Shown here: in pieces, positions 57,724 to 64,000 of the stretch
Layout: each line of letters begins with the position of its first letter
Numbering within the stretch: position 1 is the first letter of the stretch
Source of the DNA: Verrucomicrobia bacterium CG1_02_43_26
GTDB lineage: Bacteria; Verrucomicrobiota; Verrucomicrobiia; Opitutales; CG1-02-43-26
Assembly (NCBI GenBank): GCA_001872735.1
Contig: MNWT01000007.1
Span: 635-64,634, forward strand
Reading direction: 5' to 3'
Length of the DNA: 64,000 bases
Made by a program: the position numbers and the translations under genes
Notes under the pieces: generated by a model
The model's database searches: none
Told to the model about the DNA's origin: nothing
Seen by the model: only the letters and a program-made list of their open reading frames with translations

Positions 57724-58128
57724 ATGCCTACGGATCCCAATAAAGAAATTTCAACCATCCTAGAGTCTGTCCAAAAGGAGCTCTTGAATGATGAGCATTT
57801 GGAGGTATTGAATATGATTGCAGAGGGTTCTCCCTCAACTTTTTTTAATGACCTTAAAGACACGTTTAAAAGAGAATGGTCTGAGAGTATGTCCCGTTTA
57901 CAAAAAGCTTGTGAGGTTTCAGATAGCACAGAAGTCCGTAAAACAGTACATTACTTAGCCGGCAGTAGTGCCAATCTTGGTCTCAAGCGTTTGCATGGTA
58001 TATGCTGCACCATAGAGCAGAATATAGACGAAAATAATTTTTCTGCCTATAGCGTTTGCCCGGAGCATTTGCAGGAAGAATACCTGATATCTATGAAAGC
58101 CCTCGAGGATTACATAGATCAGTTGTAG
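57724..58128 (+). CDS. Stand-alone Hpt (histidine phosphotransfer) domain protein
   Basis: 'VHYLAGSSANLGLKRL' matches the Hpt 'H.LKGS....G' motif. 134 aa and helical. Confidence 0.8.
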   Translation: MPTDPNKEISTILESVQKELLNDEHLEVLNMIAEGSPSTFFNDLKDTFKREWSESMSRLQKACEVSDSTEVRKTVHYLAGSSANLGLKRLHGICCTIEQNIDENNFSAYSVCPEHLQEEYLISMKALEDYIDQL

Positions 58129-58169
58129 AATTATTCTTTGGTTTTTGGGAGGGTGAAAGTCCCTATATG

Positions 58170-58886
58170 CTAAGAAAGCTCTCTGCTATCTTTAATCACT
58201 TGCAACCAAATATCCCTTAAATAGAACAAGGTTCGTAAGATTTCTTTTTGCATGGGAGCGGCAAAGGAAGCACTTGCTAGTGGTACCTGTTGAAGATAGG
58301 ACATGCAAATATTAATCGCACTGAGCACAAACTTACCATGACAAACACACGCAGAATATTCTGTGTCATTCAAGAATTGAATAGCCATCACAACATGGTG
58401 GTGAGCCATAATGAGTGATTGCGCAAACTTCCAGTTCCCTTTATGAGTTAGCCCTTTGGGTTCCTGGTCTAAAAATGTTCCCCAACAAGAATGTACATAT
58501 TGGAGGAGTCCACAAGTGGATACAAACAACGGATGCCTATGGATGGAGTAGGGGTCGGATGACGCTTCAGCAAATGCATCAAATTCACCCTCACCGAAAG
58601 ATTCATCCTCGTCATCATCATCTTCATCAAGATTGAAATTCGCTTCTACGATATAAAGTTCTTTCGCAGGCCCTTGCATGGAAGGGTTTGCCCAGCCCAT
58701 AGCCTTGAAAGTCTCTTCTAGGCAATTTTCACTGGCCTTAAGTTTTGAATAATGAGTAAGAAAACGGGCTATTTCAGAATTACTTTCCTTAACGTAGCTT
58801 TGCCAATCAAACTCACTCCACTGTGAACCTGCTTCCTCTTCAAATTCAAAATCGCCGTCGTGGAAGTTTTCATAATAATTATACAT
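58170..58886 (-). CDS. Hypothetical protein, 238 aa, with an acidic insert and a Cys/His-rich C-terminal half
   Basis: ORF with an internal DEDDDDEDESFGEGEFD run and HHHVV / CVCHG motifs. No family recognised. Confidence 0.6.
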   Translation of the reverse strand: MYNYYENFHDGDFEFEEEAGSQWSEFDWQSYVKESNSEIARFLTHYSKLKASENCLEETFKAMGWANPSMQGPAKELYIVEANFNLDEDDDDEDESFGEGEFDAFAEASSDPYSIHRHPLFVSTCGLLQYVHSCWGTFLDQEPKGLTHKGNWKFAQSLIMAHHHVVMAIQFLNDTEYSACVCHGKFVLSAINICMSYLQQVPLASASFAAPMQKEILRTLFYLRDIWLQVIKDSRELS

Positions 58887-59078
58887 AATCGATGGCTAAG
58901 CTTTTTGTAAGGCTTTATACGTTAGATTATAATACTACATTACCCCCACACTATAAGCAAGTACAAATCCTAATAATTTAGCCCAGATCCGGTAGAAGCT
59001 TGAGATACTCGATTAATTGGTTTTTTGCTAAGATTTTTCCTTTACCTAACAATAATTATTCGATTACACTGCACCCAC

Positions 59079-59357
59079 ATGAAGTCGACTATTTTTCACC
59101 TCGAAGCCTATATCAGTGGCCACGTCCAGGGCGTTGGTTTTCGTTACACAACTTACCAAATCGCTAAGGGTTTTGATGTGACAGGCCAAGTGAAAAACCT
59201 CGATGACGGCCGTGTCTGGCTGGAGGTGGAGGGCGATGAGGGCGAGGCCAAAGCCTTTCTCGATGCGATTAAAGAACACATGCGCCATTATATTAAAGAC
59301 GTAGAGGTAATCACCACCGGCCAAGTTAAGCGCCGTTCGGGCTTTATTATCTCGTAG
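59079..59357 (+). CDS. acyP: Acylphosphatase
   Basis: [13 protein letters not shown] signature and ..[17 protein letters not shown].. The start at MKST (59079) gives 92 aa. The ORF-track start at 59025 is a TTG. Confidence 0.88.
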   Translation: MKSTIFHLEAYISGHVQGVGFRYTTYQIAKGFDVTGQVKNLDDGRVWLEVEGDEGEAKAFLDAIKEHMRHYIKDVEVITTGQVKRRSGFIIS

Positions 59358-59531
59358 TTTTGACTTTTTTGAGCGCAAGCCGTTTTACCTTAGTGGGATA
59401 CAGAAAAAGTTTGCATAAGCGGGTGTTATGGGCATTATAAATATTTTATTTTTATAAGCGGAGCTTCCCCGTGTCATGGGGTTCGTGAAGCAATTATCCA
59501 GTACATATGTATAATACCAGCTCTTAAAAAG

Positions 59532-60686
59532 ATGAAGTTTACAAAAACGGTTGTAACCGCAGGTTTGGCGATGTTTTCCATGTTCTTTGGGTCAGGAAAC
59601 CTGGTTTTTCCGGTACTGATGGGAACTCAAACATTAGATAAAGCGCCTTTCGCAGCGGCGGGGCTTTTTCTAACGGGGGTACTTGTCCCGTTTATTGGAT
59701 TGATTAGTGTCATTATGTACGCTGGGGATCGCAAGCGTTTTTTTTCCTGCATAGGAGTATGGCCTGCTTTTTTCCTCACGTTCGTTACGTTGTCCTTGAT
59801 GGGGCCTTTTGGGGTGCTTCCGCGTTGCATCATCGTTGCATACGGTGGTATACAGCTTTTTATGCCGGATTTTTCCTTTAAAATCTTCGCTGTTATTTTC
59901 GCTGTTTTAACATCTTTAGTTATCTGGAAGCATGACAAAATTATCCCCATTTTAGGGCGGGTTTTAACCCCTTTTCTAATAGCAGGTGTCGGGGCTATTA
60001 TTTTTATGGGCTTCTTTTATGGAAAGCCTGCTGAACCAACAGACTTAAACGCTTTGCGCTCCTTCAGTCAAGGTTTGCTAGAAGGTTACCAGATAATGGA
60101 CTTGTTGGCGGCATTCTTTTTCGCCGCGACTGCGGTCGGTTACGTAAGTGTTCACTTAACGCCTTCAGACAGCCCAAAACTGCTGCCAAAGTTAAGTACT
60201 TATTCCAGTATTATTGCGATGATTCTTTTGGGGCTCGTTTACGTTGCATTTGTCATTTTGGGAGCTCGCTATGCCAATGATTTACAAGGGATTCCAGCCG
60301 AACAGCTCTTGGCGGCTATTGCTGGCTATACGATGGGAGAGTTCGCAATCCCCATCATTAGCATAACCATTGCATTGGCTTGCTTGACGACAGCAACCGT
60401 TCTGACAATGCTCTGGGCAGATTTCTTAAGCGTTGATATCACAAAGGGTCGATTGCCAAGGCACCCTGCTATCATTATTACACTGGGGATAGCCTTATTA
60501 GTTTCTTTCCAAGGGTTCGAGTCTATCCGTGGATTCTTGGGGACCATTTTGCAAGTGGCCTATCCGGCGCTCATTACACTTGCGTTGGCCAGCATCATTA
60601 AAAAATGGTTCTCTATACGTAAAAACATCGCTGGTTGGGCCTTTTGGGGTGCTTTAGCTGTGTCCCTCGGTTTTTATTACTTATAA
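59532..60686 (+). CDS. brnQ: Branched-chain amino acid transporter (LIVCS/BrnQ family), copy 1
   Basis: ..GLAMFSMFFGSGNLVFPVLMG.. is a typical BrnQ N-terminus, and the protein is polytopic. At 384 aa it is shorter than the roughly 440 aa I recall for canonical BrnQ. Confidence 0.85.
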   Translation: MKFTKTVVTAGLAMFSMFFGSGNLVFPVLMGTQTLDKAPFAAAGLFLTGVLVPFIGLISVIMYAGDRKRFFSCIGVWPAFFLTFVTLSLMGPFGVLPRCIIVAYGGIQLFMPDFSFKIFAVIFAVLTSLVIWKHDKIIPILGRVLTPFLIAGVGAIIFMGFFYGKPAEPTDLNALRSFSQGLLEGYQIMDLLAAFFFAATAVGYVSVHLTPSDSPKLLPKLSTYSSIIAMILLGLVYVAFVILGARYANDLQGIPAEQLLAAIAGYTMGEFAIPIISITIALACLTTATVLTMLWADFLSVDITKGRLPRHPAIIITLGIALLVSFQGFESIRGFLGTILQVAYPALITLALASIIKKWFSIRKNIAGWAFWGALAVSLGFYYL

Positions 60687-60702
60687 TTCAAATTTATAAA
60701 CG

Positions 60703-61857
60703 ATGCGCTTTACGAAGACAGTTGTAACCGGTGGATTGGCCATGTTCTCTATGTTCTTTGGTTCTGCCAATCTGGTTTTTCCCGTATCTTTGGGAACGGA
60801 GACGCTTTCTAGTTCCTACTTTGCCGCTATAGGCCTTTTTCTAACCGGTGTGATTGTCCCTTTTATCGGGTTAATGAGCATCATTTTGTATGCTGGGGAT
60901 CGCCAGCGGTTTTTTGCCTACACGGGTAAAGTTCCTGGTTTTCTGTTAGCATTTACAATGCTCTCCCTTCTGGGACCCTTTGCTGTGGTTCCCAGATGTA
61001 TTGTCGTAGCTTATGGCGGGGTACAGCTATTCATGCCTAGCTTGGGACTATTGCCGTTTGCTATAGGTTTCTGTTTGCTAACCTTACTGGTTATCTGGAA
61101 GCATGATAAAATTATCCCTATCCTTGGTCGTGTTTTAACACCTCTGCTCATACTCGGTGTGGGGATCGTTATCGCTATGGGGATGATCAAGGGTGGAGCT
61201 CCTATAGAATCTGACTTATCGGGCGTACAAGCCTTTAAAATAGGTTTGTTTGAGGGTTATCAGACGATGGATTTGTTAGCGGCTTTCTTTTTCGCGGCAA
61301 CGGTTGTTGGTTATGTAAACGTCCACTTGACGGCTACAGAAAGCCCCCGACTTTTGATCCGTCTAAGCAGCTATTCCAGCATCATTGCAATCTCTTTACT
61401 GGGGTTGGTTTATTTTTTCTTTGTCCTTTTAGGAGCCAAATATGCGCCCTTATTACAAGGGGTTGCGCCCGAACAACTCCTCGCAACAATTGCGGGTCAT
61501 ACCATGGGCAAGATAGCTATACCGGTTGTCAGTATTACGATTGCGTTAGCTTGTTTAACAACGGCTACTATTTTAACGATCCTGTTTGCTGAATTTTTGT
61601 CCAGTGACATCATGCGTGGCCGATTAAACCGACATCCTGCAATACTGATTACGTTAGCGATTGCGCTCCTAGTGTCGCTACAAGGCTTTGGGGCAATCAA
61701 GCTCTTCCTCGCTTCGGTGCTCACATTTGTTTATCCCGCAGTGATTGCGTTAGCGGCAGGAGGAATTATCCGGAAGCTTTCCAATATTAAGTTCAATCTT
61801 GGTGGCTGGGCTTTTTGGAGCGTTTTAGCGCTCATGGCAATATTGCGGTTTCTTTAG
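60703..61857 (+). CDS. brnQ: Branched-chain amino acid transporter (LIVCS/BrnQ family), copy 2
   Basis: Collinear paralogue of the preceding gene with the same length (384 aa), 16 nt downstream. Confidence 0.85.
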   Translation: MRFTKTVVTGGLAMFSMFFGSANLVFPVSLGTETLSSSYFAAIGLFLTGVIVPFIGLMSIILYAGDRQRFFAYTGKVPGFLLAFTMLSLLGPFAVVPRCIVVAYGGVQLFMPSLGLLPFAIGFCLLTLLVIWKHDKIIPILGRVLTPLLILGVGIVIAMGMIKGGAPIESDLSGVQAFKIGLFEGYQTMDLLAAFFFAATVVGYVNVHLTATESPRLLIRLSSYSSIIAISLLGLVYFFFVLLGAKYAPLLQGVAPEQLLATIAGHTMGKIAIPVVSITIALACLTTATILTILFAEFLSSDIMRGRLNRHPAILITLAIALLVSLQGFGAIKLFLASVLTFVYPAVIALAAGGIIRKLSNIKFNLGGWAFWSVLALMAILRFL

Positions 61858-61865
61858 TTTGCTAA

Positions 61866-62960
61866 TCAGGATAAACCAAGGACTTCTTCTTGATGGTAGG
61901 CGCCATTTTGTACGGCGGTGAACTGCCAGGAAGGTTGATCGAGAAGCTCAGGTTTTTCCGTGCCGGTGCAAATAATTTGGTAACGGTCATCTAACGTTTT
62001 CCAAAAGGCTTCTCGCCGACGTGAATCCAGTTGCCCTAAAATATCATCTGCCAGAATAACGGGTATAATGCCCTTCTTTTTCTCAAAATAAGCTACCTGA
62101 GCTAACCGTAGGGCGATCACAAGTGTCCTTTGCTGGCCTTCTGAGGAAAATTGCTGTGCCTTATTGGATTGTAGGCGAAAGAGGAAATCATCACGGTGGG
62201 GACCTTTTTGCGTGGCCTTCATAATGTAGTCTCGTTCTCTGCTTTTTTGTAAAACAGCCAGCATGTGTTCGGGATCCTGAGCTTCTGTATTGGGTTGATA
62301 TTGGAGCTGGGGGAGCTCCTCATCTATAGAAACAGAATTATGGTAGCTTTCCAGAAGCTCGTTAAGCTCTTGCAGTGCCTGTTGTCTTTTTCGGATAAGG
62401 ACAACGGCATCCTGAGCCAATAACGCATCAAATGCTTCCAGGGCAGCGATATTCAGTTTTTCATGGCGAAACAAAGCGTTACGTTCCTTTAACCCCTTAT
62501 GGTAACGCAATAAGGCGGTCAAATACTCCCTGTCCGTTGCGGCAAGAGAGAGATCCAGAAAGCGTCGACGAAGGAGGGGAGCCCCGCGCACTAAATGGAT
62601 GTCCTCTGAGGAAAAAGCAACGGTTGGGAAAATGCCAATAAAATCCGAATTTTGCCGCACAGGATTTTGGTTAAACTGCAATGTCTTTCCCTTAGGCGTA
62701 ATATCTATTCTGACCTCACACTCGCCTTCAACTTCATGCTCTATTTTGTAATAGAGCGAAGCCATCGTCTTACCATGTTGAATGAGTGTATTACTCTCGT
62801 GTGTACGAAAAGACCTCAGTGCGGTCACGAAATTCAGCCCCTCTAAGAGGTTTGTTTTCCCTTGGCCGTTCTTGCCATAGAAATAGGTATTCTGAGACAA
62901 CGGTACAGCAGCGAAGTCTATATTCCTATATTGTTGTGCTCTGATTTCTATGAAGCGCAT
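61866..62960 (-). CDS. recF: DNA replication and repair protein RecF
   Basis: FYGKNGQGKTNLLEGL Walker A, SEGQQRTLVIALRLA signature and ILADDILGQLD Walker B. Confidence 0.93.
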   Translation of the reverse strand: MRFIEIRAQQYRNIDFAAVPLSQNTYFYGKNGQGKTNLLEGLNFVTALRSFRTHESNTLIQHGKTMASLYYKIEHEVEGECEVRIDITPKGKTLQFNQNPVRQNSDFIGIFPTVAFSSEDIHLVRGAPLLRRRFLDLSLAATDREYLTALLRYHKGLKERNALFRHEKLNIAALEAFDALLAQDAVVLIRKRQQALQELNELLESYHNSVSIDEELPQLQYQPNTEAQDPEHMLAVLQKSRERDYIMKATQKGPHRDDFLFRLQSNKAQQFSSEGQQRTLVIALRLAQVAYFEKKKGIIPVILADDILGQLDSRRREAFWKTLDDRYQIICTGTEKPELLDQPSWQFTAVQNGAYHQEEVLGLS

Positions 62961-62986
62961 TGTTAGATTAAACCCCGGCTAGTATT

Positions 62987-64000
62987 CTAAAGGTCAATAA
63001 CGGTGCTTTGCGAGCCTGAACCGCTTTGATTCAACTCTTCCCAAACAGAAATAAATCCCTCCAGTAAATCCTTCCAATCATCCTCCGTTGTCTGCCACCC
63101 GGAGCTGACTCGAATAAATCTTTTGGCTTCTTCATCCGTATATCCCATAGCCGACAGGACAGGCGAGCTTGCTTCTTTTTTAGAAGCGCAGGCAGACCCC
63201 GATGCCACACAAAATCCGCGCTTACTGAGTTGTGCGATCCAGCGCACGTTATTAAATTTAGGCATAATGAGCCCAACGGTGTTCCATACTCGAGAGGAAT
63301 CCTGGCCAACAATCCTTGTGCCAGGTATTTCCATGCAAATTACTTTCTCAAACGAAGTTTTCTGTATCTCAAAAAGAAAAAGATGCTTTTCGATATAAGA
63401 CCTACATGCTTGGTAAGCTGCCACCATAGCAGCAATTGCGGGGTAGTCTTCAGTTCCGGAGCGGTGCCCCATTTCTTGCCCGCCACCCACTGATATCCTA
63501 AACTGCGTAAAATTGTCAGGTATCTTAAGAAAACCGACTCCCTTTGGCCCGCCAAATTTATGGGCGCTACCTATAATAAAATCGCACTTGCCAAGTTCTC
63601 CTAGGGGCAGCTTCCCTATCCACTGAGAGGCATCGCATAAAAAAAGAATACCCCGATTTTTGCAGAGGCGAAGGACTTCTTCCCATGGCTGCACAATACC
63701 CGTTTCATTATTTAAGGCCATCAGCGCGATCAATTTTGGGCGCTTTTTTTCGATAAAACCATAAAGATTATCCAGATCCAATGTACCGTCTTTTTTTATC
63801 TCTAAATAGTGTGCACGGCTGCCCAAATAATATTTAGCTGATTGGTAGACGGCGGAATGCTCTATTGTAGAAACGCCTACAAAGGTATCCTTGTCTAACG
63901 TGTGTTTAAAGTGCTCAAATAACGCATTAGCTGCTTCAGTTGCCCCTGAGGTGAATATAATAGATCCTTTTTCGCAACCAAGCTCATCGGCCCAGAATTC
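62987..64000 (-). CDS. Class-V aminotransferase / cysteine desulfurase (NifS/IscS-like); 5' end beyond the window
   Basis: The reading frame is open to the window edge (EFWADELGCEKGSIIFTSGATEAANALF...). PLP-Lys motif GSAHKFGGPKGVGFL and catalytic Cys loop ASGSACASK. The ORF-track start at 63826 is only an internal TTG. Confidence 0.9.
   Translation of the reverse strand, partial: EFWADELGCEKGSIIFTSGATEAANALFEHFKHTLDKDTFVGVSTIEHSAVYQSAKYYLGSRAHYLEIKKDGTLDLDNLYGFIEKKRPKLIALMALNNETGIVQPWEEVLRLCKNRGILFLCDASQWIGKLPLGELGKCDFIIGSAHKFGGPKGVGFLKIPDNFTQFRISVGGGQEMGHRSGTEDYPAIAAMVAAYQACRSYIEKHLFLFEIQKTSFEKVICMEIPGTRIVGQDSSRVWNTVGLIMPKFNNVRWIAQLSKRGFCVASGSACASKKEASSPVLSAMGYTDEEAKRFIRVSSGWQTTEDDWKDLLEGFISVWEELNQSGSGSQSTVIDL

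Noticed and set aside
1-64000. Window-wide look for rRNA genes, CRISPR arrays, prophage or integrase genes, toxin-antitoxin pairs and known defence-system signatures
   Set aside because: None was recognised. Apart from the IS fragment and the items listed as findings, every sizeable ORF has a housekeeping identity, and the largest intergenic gaps (about 150-360 nt) are too short for large structured RNAs.

Overview
This is a gene-dense 64-kb chromosomal window with about 60 protein genes and one tRNA-Gly(UCC). I saw no rRNA, CRISPR array or prophage.

Most of it is housekeeping:
- Translation and secretion: argS, efp, gatCAB, ffh, secA, lnt, truB, rluD, rsmI.
- Purine metabolism, split over four loci: purM; purC; guaB-purA; purS-purQ-purL-purF.
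- Other: LPS heptose genes (rfaE1-gmhB), an LptF/G permease, pheA, scpB, pgi, ribF, recF, two tandem brnQ genes, and a class-V cysteine desulfurase running off the right edge.

The protein types suggest a PVC-superphylum-like organism (Verrucomicrobia, Lentisphaerae or Chlamydiae relatives). The clues are long PurF and PurM forms, a CesT-like chaperone, Sel1 and possibly ankyrin-like proteins, an OleC/OleD pair, and many genes without a Shine-Dalgarno sequence. This is inference only.

Items outside the housekeeping backbone:
1. A partial IS1016-group (IS1595 family) element at the left edge, followed by a G10 homopolymer placed directly after an SD+ATG.
2. An 839-aa Sel1-repeat protein whose gene contains near-identical 111-nt tandem units.
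3. Three enzyme homologues with eroded or altered catalytic motifs: a thymidine-phosphorylase-like protein, an adenosine-deaminase-like protein, and HemD with a possible methylase remnant. There is also an Arg32-type EF-P and an unusually long, divergent PurA.
4. An AT-rich orphan gene flanked by perfect palindromes, followed by a near-consensus sigma70 promoter and an unannotated 49-aa lipoprotein ORF.
5. An OleC/OleD pair plus an SDR, with no OleA or OleB in the window.
6. A class-I type III secretion chaperone-like gene sitting alone between ffh and secA.
7. A sharp low-GC island encoding a 741-aa K/E/N-rich orphan protein between gatC and purS.
8. A permuted HptB/HsbR-like signalling module: an RsbW-like kinase-GAF-PP2C fusion, a stand-alone receiver and a stand-alone Hpt, with no STAS partner in view.

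I found no single clear-cut new system. The low-GC orphan, the chaperone-like gene and the signalling module are the best candidates. All family assignments come from reading motifs by eye and need HMM or BLAST confirmation.
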